A stretch of 63,608 nucleotides of DNA from Candidatus Nomurabacteria bacterium (GCA_026395995.1 JAPLXQ010000004.1:1-63608); one strand, 5' to 3'; counted from the stretch's first letter, positions 37,693 through 47,500 are shown. Notes: generated by a model from the letters alone, not told the origin. Program-made: numbers and translations.

Positions 37693-37862
37693 CTTCCCCT
37701 TACGAAGGGGAAGTCCCCTTTAGGGGGATGGGGTTAATATGAATCAGACCCCCTCTTTTTGGATTACCAAAAACTCTCCCCCTTCTAAAGGTGGAGAAAA
37801 ATGAATTCTTTTCCTCCCCTTACGAAGGGGAGGTGGCGAGTACTCGAGCCGGTGGGGTTAAT
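37693..37862. repeat. Cluster of GC-rich hairpin repeats (family A, CCCCTT-N3-AAGGGG) downstream of DUF559. It includes a ~55-nt direct-repeat copy at 37807-37862.
   Basis: Elements: cttccccttacgaaggggaag (37693-37713), tcccctttaggggga (37714-37728), an imperfect ctcccccttctaaaggtggag, and cctccccttacgaaggggagg (37813-37833) followed by tgg[c]gagtactcgagccggtggggttaa. Confidence 0.8.
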
Positions 37863-38205
37863 TTAAAGATTTTCGTATTATATCCAACACTCCATTCAAA
37901 TTCTTCCGCACATCTTGATTCCAAAATCGAAGCGTTTTCAAACCCAAAGAATCCATAAATACTTCTCTATCCTTATCATATTCTTTATTTTCTAAATGTT
38001 GCGAGCCGTCGAGTTCGACTACTAAATTCTTTTCAATACAATAAAAATCAACAATATAATTTCCAACTCCGACTTGTCTTCTAAATTTTACTCCTAATTT
38101 ATTATCACGAATTTGAACCCATAAAATGCGTTCTTCCTCCGTCATATTTTTTCTTAAATTTCTTCTATTCTCTCTTGTTATTTTTGTATTAAATATTTCT
38201 GTCAT
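37858..38205 (-). CDS. DUF559 (Vsr-like / PD-(D/E)xK fold) endonuclease-domain protein
   Basis: 115 aa with MTEEERILWVQIRDNKLGVKFRRQ...YIVDFYC...LVVELDGSQH...D..R...L...G...LRFWN, the characteristic DUF559 pattern. Confidence 0.8.
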   Translation of the reverse strand: MTEIFNTKITRENRRNLRKNMTEEERILWVQIRDNKLGVKFRRQVGVGNYIVDFYCIEKNLVVELDGSQHLENKEYDKDREVFMDSLGLKTLRFWNQDVRKNLNGVLDIIRKSLN

Positions 38206-38328
38206 TTTCTTTTCCTCCCCTTACGAAGGGGAGGTGGAGAGTATTCTCGACGGTGGGGTTAAATTAGTTTCAAATACACCCCATCCCCAAGATTAAAATC
38301 TTGGTACTTCCCCTTCGTAAGGGGAGGA
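38206..38328. repeat. Second hairpin-repeat cluster (family A) immediately upstream of DUF559. It includes a ~55-nt direct-repeat copy at 38208-38264.
   Basis: cctccccttacgaaggggagg (38214-38234) followed by tggagagtattctcgacggtggggttaa, then ccaagatt-aa-aatcttgg (38284-38304) and cttccccttcgtaaggggagg (38307-38327). Confidence 0.8.
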
Positions 38329-38335
38329 AAAATAC

Positions 38336-39046
38336 TTACAAATTCTCAAACATTTGAACAGTACCTATGATATCTGTAGTTTTAAAGATTGCGGAGCCGA
38401 TGACGAGGCGGTCGGCACCTGCTTTTATTAGGTCTTGAGCTGTGTCTGTATTTACAGAACCGTCCACACTGATAGTGATTTCAGAAAATTTTTCTCTTAG
38501 TTTTTTTATTTGATCAATAGCTCTCTCATCAAATTCTTGTCCTTGAAAGCCGACATTTTCTACTCCCATACATTGAATAAAATCAACATGTGAAACTATT
38601 TGAAAAACTTTTTCTAAATCACTCGTCGTATTTATCGCGACACCAATGTCTATCGTATCACGTATGTACATATCCATTCCTTCTAGGAAATCACGAAAGT
38701 TTTCAAAATCTCTCTGGGCCTCCAAATGAAAGACTACTCTCTTTGGTCCAAAACGAGTATAAAAATCAAAATTTTCAACTGCATCACAAACCATCAAATC
38801 AAGCTCAAAATCAACATCTTCCCAAAACGGTAAACCTTCTCTTTCTTCTAAAATAGCTTGAGCATGATAATCTAGTTCACTAATTTCTCGATCTGCACCA
38901 TTGGAACGAAATGGCCATGTGTATTGAGGAGTATAAACCCCATCACAAATATCTATCTGAGCAACAGGAACGACCCCTCGCACAAGGGCGATTTTGTTTT
39001 TTAAATCATCATAACTTTTGGTAAGTATTGTAGGTATTATTTCCAT
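38336..39046 (-). CDS. rpe: Ribulose-phosphate 3-epimerase-like TIM-barrel protein (divergent)
   Basis: 236 aa with IIPTILT...QIDICDG...VVFHLEA...ISVDGSVN...GADRLVIGSAIF, matching the Rpe metal/phosphate motif layout with insertions. Confidence 0.65.
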   Translation of the reverse strand: MEIIPTILTKSYDDLKNKIALVRGVVPVAQIDICDGVYTPQYTWPFRSNGADREISELDYHAQAILEEREGLPFWEDVDFELDLMVCDAVENFDFYTRFGPKRVVFHLEAQRDFENFRDFLEGMDMYIRDTIDIGVAINTTSDLEKVFQIVSHVDFIQCMGVENVGFQGQEFDERAIDQIKKLREKFSEITISVDGSVNTDTAQDLIKAGADRLVIGSAIFKTTDIIGTVQMFENL

Positions 39047-39071
39047 ATAGGCGATTATAGCATACTATAAT

Positions 39072-40727
39072 TTAAAAGCTTTTCTGGGCAACTAGGACCA
39101 TATTTGTCGGAGGATATTGTATTTGTTTCAAAATTCCATTTTGATTTTCAAATATTTCAACTTTTCCGACAAACCTATTCTGAACAATCCAATCATTGGT
39201 ATAGACACGTGAAGCAGTTTCTATTTTATTAGGATTTTCTAAGATATCAAAACCTGCCTGGTGTAATAAATCTTTCCAATCACTAAAACTAAAGAAGGCA
39301 AACTCTTCATTCAGCTCACTTTTCCAATTGTCTGCATAATCTTTCTTTGTAATAAATTCTACTGCATCTTTCATTCTTAAAACAAAATATTTTTGTCCAT
39401 CTATATTTTCTTCTTTAAAATTTATTTTTGTTTCTTTTCCTCTTCTTCCAGAAGTTCTCATATCTTCCAAATAATCCTTAGCAAATCTAAAGAATTTAGC
39501 TTCAGTAGAAAGAGAATTTATATGTTTCATTAAATCATCCTGACTGTCTGTTTGGAAAAATATATTTTCATTTGTTCCATCTGTACTATTTAATTTTAGA
39601 TAAACTTCTTTATCTTTGTTCTCTGGACCAACGACATCGCGTATTACAAGTCTTCCACCTTTTCTTGTCTGTTTATATTTTAAATTAATATAATTTTTTA
39701 AACTTTCTAGTCCATCACCATATGACCAGACTTCATGAGTAGTAGAATTACATATAGTAGTGTCTATAGACCCATCTTCAAAAATAGAATCCATAAGATT
39801 GCGCTGATGAAAATGCACAAATGCACCACCAAATTCTCCAGCTCTTTGTCTTTCAGTACAACGAGCTAAAAATTCACTCGCAATATCAATACCAATAATA
39901 TCAGAATCGGGAAAATCGTATGCAAGCTTTACCATTAGGGCACCATCGGCACAACCTTCGTCAACAATTTTACCGGAAACTACAGCCTTTTTAATATCTA
40001 AATATTTCATATCTAAAACTTCTGACCTTGCCATTGCAGAAGCATAAGTAGAATAATTTCTAGTCTCAGTAAGAGAACCACTGTCTGTCAAAAGGGGTTC
40101 TTTCCAAATCTTTTTTATACTATCTGGAACAGAAGGAAAATCTTTCCAAAAACTAAAAGTAGAGGTTGAAACTAAATTTTCTAAAATAGTATCTTTTTGC
40201 CAATCCACCTTTTCTTCTGCAAGAGTATGTAATGCATCGATAGGAGCCTGTGCAATAAATTTTTTATTTTGATAATCATATTCTGCTGGTAGCACTGTAA
40301 AACCAAGAGATATATACATATCTATGACATTTGGGGTCGAAGCTAAGACTATTGTATTTTTGGGGGTCAATTCCAATCCATCAGACTCATGAATTTCTTT
40401 TAAAATAATTTCTATATATTTATCTGTCGGATCAAAATGAGGTATGCCGACTATTTTTTGTTTTATTCCTAAATCTTTTCTAAAATGTTCAAAAAATCTA
40501 TCTAGTGAAATAGCACGGATATAAAATGGTAATGGATTAAATCTGGAATTTGATTTATTTGAAGATGTCACCGCAAAAACTACTGTATCAATACGTTCAT
40601 CTGGATTAAAATTATTAGGACCAATAAAATCCAATTTTGAAAATGGTAAATTTAAAATTTGCCACAAATACTTTTCTTGAAAAGAAGTATTTAATATATG
40701 TCGCCCATGAAAAAGTAAATATGCCAT
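39072..40727 (-). CDS. Fusion protein: nucleotidyltransferase-like N-domain with a degenerate HxGH motif, plus a class I SAM-dependent methyltransferase
   Basis: 551 aa. The methyltransferase motif I is GKIVDEGCADGALMVKLA. The N-terminal LLFHGRHILNTSF...VVFAVTSSNKSNSRFNPLPFYIRAI resembles the NMNAT/cytidylyltransferase layout (GRFxPxHxGH ... S..NPF..ER) but lacks the canonical His pair. Confidence 0.55.
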   Translation of the reverse strand: MAYLLFHGRHILNTSFQEKYLWQILNLPFSKLDFIGPNNFNPDERIDTVVFAVTSSNKSNSRFNPLPFYIRAISLDRFFEHFRKDLGIKQKIVGIPHFDPTDKYIEIILKEIHESDGLELTPKNTIVLASTPNVIDMYISLGFTVLPAEYDYQNKKFIAQAPIDALHTLAEEKVDWQKDTILENLVSTSTFSFWKDFPSVPDSIKKIWKEPLLTDSGSLTETRNYSTYASAMARSEVLDMKYLDIKKAVVSGKIVDEGCADGALMVKLAYDFPDSDIIGIDIASEFLARCTERQRAGEFGGAFVHFHQRNLMDSIFEDGSIDTTICNSTTHEVWSYGDGLESLKNYINLKYKQTRKGGRLVIRDVVGPENKDKEVYLKLNSTDGTNENIFFQTDSQDDLMKHINSLSTEAKFFRFAKDYLEDMRTSGRRGKETKINFKEENIDGQKYFVLRMKDAVEFITKKDYADNWKSELNEEFAFFSFSDWKDLLHQAGFDILENPNKIETASRVYTNDWIVQNRFVGKVEIFENQNGILKQIQYPPTNMVLVAQKSF

Positions 40728-40731
40728 AAAA

Positions 40732-41172
40732 TTATTTATCTAACTCATTAATTCTTCTAATATGTCTCTCATCTCCTGAAAATTTTGTATTAAGGAAAAT
40801 ATCTACTGCTTTTATAGCTTCTTCTTCTGGTATGAATCTCGCTCCGAGTGAGAGAATATTTGCATTGTTGTGCTCACGACTAACTTTTACAATTCCTAAA
40901 TTTCCTCCATAATATTCACAAGCTCGTGCACCTTCGACTCTATTTGCATCCATTGCTTCGCCTTCACCCGAACCACCGAGAATAATTCCGAAGCTTCCTT
41001 CATCTCCTACCACAGCTTCTGCTACTGGGCGAATATAGTCAGGATAATCATCACCTTCTTTGTATTCAAAAGCTCCTTTGTCTATGACTTCATATTTAAG
41101 TTCACCCAAATATGTTTTGAGTTTTTCTTTTAATTCATATCCTGCATGATCCGATCCGATGTATATTTTCAC
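40732..41172 (-). CDS. rpiB: Ribose-5-phosphate isomerase B
   Basis: 146 aa with MKIYIGSDHAGYELKE ... GIILGGSGEGEAMDANR (Cys replaced?) ... LSLGARF. The overall pattern is RpiB/LacAB. Confidence 0.85.
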   Translation of the reverse strand: MKIYIGSDHAGYELKEKLKTYLGELKYEVIDKGAFEYKEGDDYPDYIRPVAEAVVGDEGSFGIILGGSGEGEAMDANRVEGARACEYYGGNLGIVKVSREHNNANILSLGARFIPEEEAIKAVDIFLNTKFSGDERHIRRINELDK

Positions 41173-41238
41173 CCTGTTTAGAAATTTTTTAATTTATAAT
41201 TTTATCTTCCCGTTTTTTATTTCTAACGGGATTCATTT

Positions 41239-42291
41239 TTATTTACTACCAGTTTTGATTACATGATCCACGAGTGTATGTGTATACCCCATTTCGTTAT
41301 CATACCAACCCATAACTTTTACGAGATTACCACCAACAACACGAGTGAGGTCGAGCTGAGCTATTGAAGCATGTGATTCACCAAGAATATCTGATGACAC
41401 AAGAGCTTCTTCTGTAGTTGCAAAAATAGTACTCCACTTTGGGTCCATAGCTGCTTTTTTCAAAATATCATTTACTTCTTGTGCAGTAGTTGGTTTTTTA
41501 GAAATAAAAGTAATATCTACAATACTTCCTGCTGGAACTGGCACACGCATTGAGATACCATCGAAAAGATTTGTTAATTCTGGAAAAGCTTTTGTAACAG
41601 CAATCGCCGCACCAGTAGAAGCTGGAACGATATTTTGTGCTGCAGCACGACCTTCACGGAAATCTTTTTTGTTTGGACCATCAACAATACCTTGTGAAGC
41701 AGTATATCCATGAACAGTATTGAGAACTGCTTTTTCGATACCGAGTGCTTCGTGTAAAATAGCGATCAAAGGACTCGCGGCATTTGTAGTACAAGATGCA
41801 TTTGAAGTAACTGCGCACGTGCCGAATTTATCTTCGTTTACGCCCATTAAAATTGTCTCACCCTTTGTCTCGCCAGAGCCTTCGGCGGAGGCGGATTCTT
41901 TTGCTGGAGCAGAGATAACTACTTTTTTCGCACCAGCTTTTATGTGAGCATTTGCTTTGTCATATGTAACAAAAAGCCCAGTTGATTCTACGACGACATC
42001 CACAGCCATCGCACCCCAAGGCAAGTTTGCTGGGTCTTTTTCTGCGAGAACTTTTACTACTTTTCCATCAATTACTAATTCCTGACCATTTGCTTTAACA
42101 TCATGATTCCAAGTTCTATATACTGTGTCATGTTTTAAAAGGTATGCGAGGTTTGCAACATCTCCCAAGTCATTTACTGCTACTATTTCGATCTCTGGGC
42201 GTTCCCATGCAATCTTCAAAAAAGCTCTTCCTATTCTCCCAAAACCGTTAATACCTACTTTTATTCTTGCCCCGTTTGAATTTTCACTCAT
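41239..42291 (-). CDS. gap: Glyceraldehyde-3-phosphate dehydrogenase (type I)
   Basis: GINGFGRIGR, SNASCTTN active site and WYDNEMGY. Confidence 0.92.
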   Translation of the reverse strand: MSENSNGARIKVGINGFGRIGRAFLKIAWERPEIEIVAVNDLGDVANLAYLLKHDTVYRTWNHDVKANGQELVIDGKVVKVLAEKDPANLPWGAMAVDVVVESTGLFVTYDKANAHIKAGAKKVVISAPAKESASAEGSGETKGETILMGVNEDKFGTCAVTSNASCTTNAASPLIAILHEALGIEKAVLNTVHGYTASQGIVDGPNKKDFREGRAAAQNIVPASTGAAIAVTKAFPELTNLFDGISMRVPVPAGSIVDITFISKKPTTAQEVNDILKKAAMDPKWSTIFATTEEALVSSDILGESHASIAQLDLTRVVGGNLVKVMGWYDNEMGYTHTLVDHVIKTGSK

Positions 42292-42462
42292 ATTGTTATA
42301 AAAATTAAATCTAATAATATTTCTTAAAATTATTCTACCCCATAGTTAATCTTGAAAATTCGTTCGGGGGTATGTGCCTATTTATATAAATTTTAATACA
42401 TCCAGTATACCATTTTAAATAGGAAAATAAAAAAGCCCTTGTTTAAGGGGCTTTATAATTCT

Positions 42463-42846
42463 TTACAAACTTAACTGTCTATCAGTTTCAAAAAAGCTTT
42501 TTCTTGAACCAATTTGTGTTGTTAGGTAACCAGTAAAAAATGGATTTCTTCCTGGCCTGCCTAATGCAGGAAAACCAAAAAGTGTACCATACTTTTCACC
42601 ACTTTTTCTTTGCTCAAGTAATTGAGCTAGAAATTTTAATTGTCCATAATTTTCAAAATCTTCATTTTCATCAGACAAAGTTATTGAAAGTATTTTCACA
42701 CGAAATTCGTGTTTCCCATCTTTACTATAAATCCACGCAGAATCATCTTTAAAAGCTTCTGTAAATTTTTCTGCAAAATTTGCTTTCAATGACTTAAAAA
42801 CCTCATCAAAATTTTCAAGTGGCAATAAATCAACTTTATTTTTCAT
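42463..42846 (-). CDS. Hypothetical protein
   Basis: 127-aa ORF with a minus-strand terminator (aaagcccc-ttaaac-aagggcttt plus T-run) just downstream at about 42431-42455. Confidence 0.4.
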   Translation of the reverse strand: MKNKVDLLPLENFDEVFKSLKANFAEKFTEAFKDDSAWIYSKDGKHEFRVKILSITLSDENEDFENYGQLKFLAQLLEQRKSGEKYGTLFGFPALGRPGRNPFFTGYLTTQIGSRKSFFETDRQLSL

Positions 42847-42951
42847 TTGTTTATTTTGTTTTTAAAAAGTTATTACTGTATTTATTCAGATAAATATTAA
42901 CATATTAAATATAAATTTGTCAACACAGACTCATTATGCTAAAATATCCCT

Positions 42952-43710
42952 ATGAAAATCCATAGATTTATAGACAACTTTGATCTAACAGGCTTGGAAG
43001 TGGAAATCACTGGCGAAATTGCACATCAGATGGTAAAGGTATTGAAACTTGAAATCGGTGAGCAAGTAGAGCTTTGTGATGGAAAAGGCATCTCAGCCAT
43101 GGCTGAGATTGAAAGTTTAAATAAAAATATGGTGAAGTTAAAACTAGGTAAAATATCGAGGTTAAACCTCGATAAAGAGAAAGTTGTCTCACTTTTTTGT
43201 GCAGTATTGAAAAAAGAAAATTTTGAACTCGTGGTCCAAAAAGTGACTGAATGCGGAGTAGACAAGATAATCCCTATCATCACTACTCGTACAATAAAAA
43301 TGGGACTCAACATGGAACGTTTACAAAAAATAGCTCGTGAAGCTTGTGAACAATCACATCGCAGTATTTTACCGGAAATTTTAGAACCAATGAGTTTTGA
43401 GGAAAGTTTAGAATTGGCAAAAGAAAATGATGTTAATATTATTTTTGATGCTTCTGGCGAAGTTTTGTTAGGAAAAATGCCTTGCGAGCGCGACGGCGCG
43501 AACACGAGCAAAAATTCATCAGAATTTTATGGGTGCATTTTAAATAACAAAACTTCGCCAGGTATTTGGATCGGTCCCGAAGGTGGCTGGACTCCAGAAG
43601 AAATAAAAAAAGCCACAGAAAATAATTTCTCTGTGGCCTCATTGGGTAAAAATGTGCTTCGGGCTGAAACTGCAGCCATCATTGGTACCTTTCTTGTTGC
43701 AGTTGCATAG
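42952..43710 (+). CDS. rsmE: 16S rRNA (uracil1498-N3)-methyltransferase RsmE, carrying an in-frame GC-rich insertion
   Basis: MKIHRFI..., a PUA-like N-domain and a SPOUT C-terminus IWIGPEGGWTPEEI...LGKNVLRAETAAI. The extra segment is MPCERDGANTSKNSSEFYGCILNNKTSP. Confidence 0.82.
   Translation: MKIHRFIDNFDLTGLEVEITGEIAHQMVKVLKLEIGEQVELCDGKGISAMAEIESLNKNMVKLKLGKISRLNLDKEKVVSLFCAVLKKENFELVVQKVTECGVDKIIPIITTRTIKMGLNMERLQKIAREACEQSHRSILPEILEPMSFEESLELAKENDVNIIFDASGEVLLGKMPCERDGANTSKNSSEFYGCILNNKTSPGIWIGPEGGWTPEEIKKATENNFSVASLGKNVLRAETAAIIGTFLVAVA
43480..43528. repeat. GC-rich repeat family B copy (gagcgcgacggcgcga-core) inside rsmE
   Basis: ccttgcgagcgcgacggcgcgaacacgagcaaaaattcatcagaatttt matches 54540-54588 at about 40 of 49 positions. 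Confidence 0.75.
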
Positions 43711-44332
43711 GATTTTTTTTAACTTTGTTAAAGATCAAGGTGCTAACACCAAATCTAAAAGAGTTATAAACAAAAGCATCATCTGTGCTCAGCTTGTTTG
43801 GATCTTTAGGTATCCAAGAAAATCCTGGGTTCCAAGTACCATAGAAACTAAAACGGCTAACCCTAAAATTTAATCCAAGCTGTAAACAAATCGCCATTTT
43901 GTCTTTTTTGGTAATTTCTGAACTATCCACAACCCTGGAAAGCTGATTGTCATGGTTGCTCATTATTTTTAAATCATAATGATAGGCTACTCCAAGCTTA
44001 TAACCAAATTCAACTTCATCTTTCCTATTTTTGTTTGCAAAAACAATCGTAGGTAAGAAATCAACTTCTGCTCCAATTGGAGACTTTAAAGTGCTGACAA
44101 TTCCAATATAAAAATTACGGTTAAAATTGTACGCGGCAGTTTTTATATTTAAAAAACTAGCACCAGCGGTAAAACCACCATATTTTCTGTAATCATACGT
44201 TGGACCAAATGATAAGTGAAATGTTTTTTGTAGATACTCACTACAATCACAATTTTCTCTGTTTTGCCCCAAAGCACTTTTTGCTGTAAATATTAAACCT
44301 ACAACAAACATTATTACTACTAACTTTTTCAT
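43679..44332 (-). CDS. Signal-peptide protein with an OMP-like beta-barrel pattern (porin-family-like)
   Basis: 217 aa with signal MKKLVVIMFVVGLIFTAKSALGQ and alternating hydrophobic beta-strand patterns ending ...FRFGVSTLIF. A 16-aa tail then runs into the rsmE 3' end and stops at TGA. Confidence 0.45.
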   Translation of the reverse strand: MKKLVVIMFVVGLIFTAKSALGQNRENCDCSEYLQKTFHLSFGPTYDYRKYGGFTAGASFLNIKTAAYNFNRNFYIGIVSTLKSPIGAEVDFLPTIVFANKNRKDEVEFGYKLGVAYHYDLKIMSNHDNQLSRVVDSSEITKKDKMAICLQLGLNFRVSRFSFYGTWNPGFSWIPKDPNKLSTDDAFVYNSFRFGVSTLIFNKVKKNPMQLQQERYQ

Positions 44333-44407
44333 CTCTTCTAGGTTTTAAAATTTTATTTTTATTGTACTTATTTTTCTTAATTATACACAATAAGGTTTAA
44401 AAGTCAA

Positions 44408-44479
44408 CCCTGTCGCTCGCGAGCGACAGGGTAAAGCTCTTTTTTGCTCCCCTTGCGAAGGGGAGCTGTCGCTTGCGAC
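44408..44479. repeat. Three adjacent GC-rich palindromes upstream of dnaE
   Basis: ccctgtcgctcgcgagcgacaggg (perfect 24-mer, 44408-44431), gctccccttgcgaaggggagc (family A, 44446-44466) and gtcgcttgcgac (44468-44479). Confidence 0.8.
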
Positions 44480-44518
44480 TGAGGGGTGAAGATCTACTTT
44501 TTATGCTAAAATTATCAA

Positions 44519-47500
44519 ATGTCTTCAAAATTCATCCATTTACATACGCATTCTCACTATTCCCTACTCGACGGGCTTTCAAAAGTCGAAGACATGGTGC
44601 GCATCGCAAAAGAGCATGATATGCCAGCAATGGCTATTACTGACCACGGTAATATGTACGGTGCAATAGAATTTTATAAAGAATGTAAAAAAGAAGGGAT
44701 CAAGCCGATTATTGGTTGTGAAGTTTATGTCGCCGAAAGAAAAATGACTGATAAAGAAGCTGGTATTGATAACAAAAGATACCACCTTATTCTGCTAGCA
44801 AAAAATTTGAAAGGATATAAAAATCTAATGCGTATAGTAAGTATCGCAAACCTTGAAGGATATTATTACAAACCTCGTGTCGATGAAGAAATGCTAAAAA
44901 CATATAGTGAAGGAATCATCGCTCTTTCTGGCTGTATGGGAGGAAAACTTTCGAAGGCAATCCTCGCTGACAATATGGAAAAAGCTGAAGCTATCGTAAA
45001 AGAACATCAAGACGTTTTCGGTAAAGAAAATTATTTTATCGAAATCCAAGCTCATCCACATATCGAACGTGATGCCGAACTACGCGCAAAATTAATCGCT
45101 CTTGGTAAAAAATTTGATATCCCTGTCGTGGCAACGCAAGATTCACATTACCCTTGTAAGGACGACCATAAAGCTCACCACACACTACTACAAGTGAATA
45201 CTGGAGCTGATGTCAAAGACTCTAGTAAATTTGAATTCCCTGATGATGATTTTTCTTTGATTGATGAAAAAACTGCCAAAGAATATTTTAAAGATGCACC
45301 TGGTACAGTGGAAAATACTTCCATCGTCGCAGATATGTGTGAAGATTATGAAATCGAACTCGGTAAAGCGTATTTCCCAGAATTTAAAATCGAAGGAGAC
45401 CGTGACCCAAATGAAGTCTTGAAAGAGCAAGCCTATGCTGGTTTTGAATTTAGAAAATTACCACAAAATAAAGACTATACAGACCGATTAGAATATGAGC
45501 TCGGTATTATCAAACAAAAAGGCTATCCGACATATTTCCTCGTAGTGGGAGATCTTCTGCGTTATGCTCGTGAAAATGAAATCCTGACAAATATTCGAGG
45601 ATCGGTGGCTGGATCACTCACGACTTATCTGATTGGTATTACAAATGTCGACCCACTCGTCTACAAACTTCCCTTTGAACGTTTCCTAAACCCTGAGCGT
45701 CCTTCTCTTCCTGATATCGATATGGACTATGCTGATAATAGACGCGATGAAATGATTGAATATACCAAACAAAAATATGGAGCAGATCGCGTGGCCCAAA
45801 TTGGAACATTTGGTACAATGATGGCTAAAGGTTCTGTGCGTGATGTGGCTCGAGCTCTCGGCTACGAATACGCTATCGGAGATCGAATTTCAAATATGAT
45901 ACCAATGGGTTCACAAGGAATGCCAATGACAATCAAGCATGCAATGGAGATAGTTCCTGAACTCGAAAAAGCCTACAAAAAAGAAGCTATTACAAAAGAA
46001 ATTATTGACCTCGCAAAAAAAATGGAAGGCTGTGTTCGCCATGTCTCTGTCCATGCGGCTGGTATCGTCATTGCACCAAAACCACTTTATGAATTTACTC
46101 CTGTGCAATTTGATCCAAAAGATGGAAATAATATCATTACTCAATATGATATGTATCAAATCGAAGATGTCGGTCTTCCAAAATTCGACTTTCTCGGAAT
46201 TAGAAATTTATCGATTCTGGCTGACGCAGTAAAAATTGTTAAAAAAATTCACAACATTGATGTCGATCTCGACAATGTCGATATTGCTGATAAGAAAACT
46301 TTTGAAATGCTAGCACGCGGAGAAACTATGGGGCTCTTCCAATTGAACGGCGGAGGTATGACTGCGTATTTGAAACAATTAAAACCGACAACGATTCACG
46401 ATATCAATGCGATGGTCGCCCTGTATCGCCCAGGACCAATTCAATTTATTCCGATGTATATCGAACGTAAACACAATCCCCGTCTAGTGAAATATATGGA
46501 CCCAGCACTAGAACCAATTTTAAAACAAACTTATGGTGTGCTCGTATATCAAGATGACCTGCTTCTTATTTCAATTCACATTGCGGGATATTCTTGGGGA
46601 GAAGCTGATAAATTCCGTAAAGCTGTCGGTAAAAAAATCCCAGCTGAAATGGCTAAACAAAAAGATCATTTTATTATTGGTTGTGTTGAACATAGTAAAT
46701 GGCCACTCAAGAAAGCTCAAGAGCTCTGGAACCAAATCGAGCCTTTCGCAGCTTATGGATTCAACAAAGCTCACTCAGCATCTTATGGACGTGTCGCTTA
46801 TCAGACGGCGTATATGAAAGCGAACTTCCCTGTCGAATACATGTGTGCGATCCTCACAGCTGAATCTGGTGACGTAGAAAAAATTGCGGAAATTACTCAC
46901 GAATGTGAGCAAATGAAAATAAAAGTTCTACCTCCAAATATAAATGAAAGTTTTAAAGGCTTCACTTGTATCGATAGCAACACTATTCGTTTCGGCTTAT
47001 ATACGATTAAAAATTTCGGTTCGGATATTGGTGATGCAATTATTGCTGAAAGAAAAAAGAATGGGAAATTTAAAAACATTACAGACTTCCTAGACCGTGT
47101 AAAACATAAAAATGTAAATAAAAAATCTATGGAAGCCCTAATCAAAACAGGTGCCATGGATGAATTTAATGAGCGTGGAACATTACTTTTTAACCTAGAA
47201 AATATGCTCGAATACAATAAAGAAAGCGGTAAACAATCTGCCGACCAAGGATCACTCTTTGGTGGTATTTCTGCAGAGACATTACCGTCATTCAAATTGA
47301 AACCAGCTGAAGACGCAGCACCCGCTACGAAACTCATCTGGGAAAAAGAATTACTCGGACTTTATATTTCTGGTCACCCACTCGATAGACTAAGAGAAAA
47401 ATTGGAAAAAAGAGAAATAAATATAAAAAGAATTAAAGAAAATTTAACCAATGGCTACCCTGTGACTATCGCCGGTATTATCGAAACTGTGCGTAATGTC

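Noticed and set aside
37693-38328. Possible CRISPR array, given the clustered short repeats
   Set aside because: The repeats are self-complementary hairpins in both orientations, with irregular spacing. The 'spacers' are a protein-coding gene (DUF559) and short AT-rich linkers. No cas genes lie adjacent.
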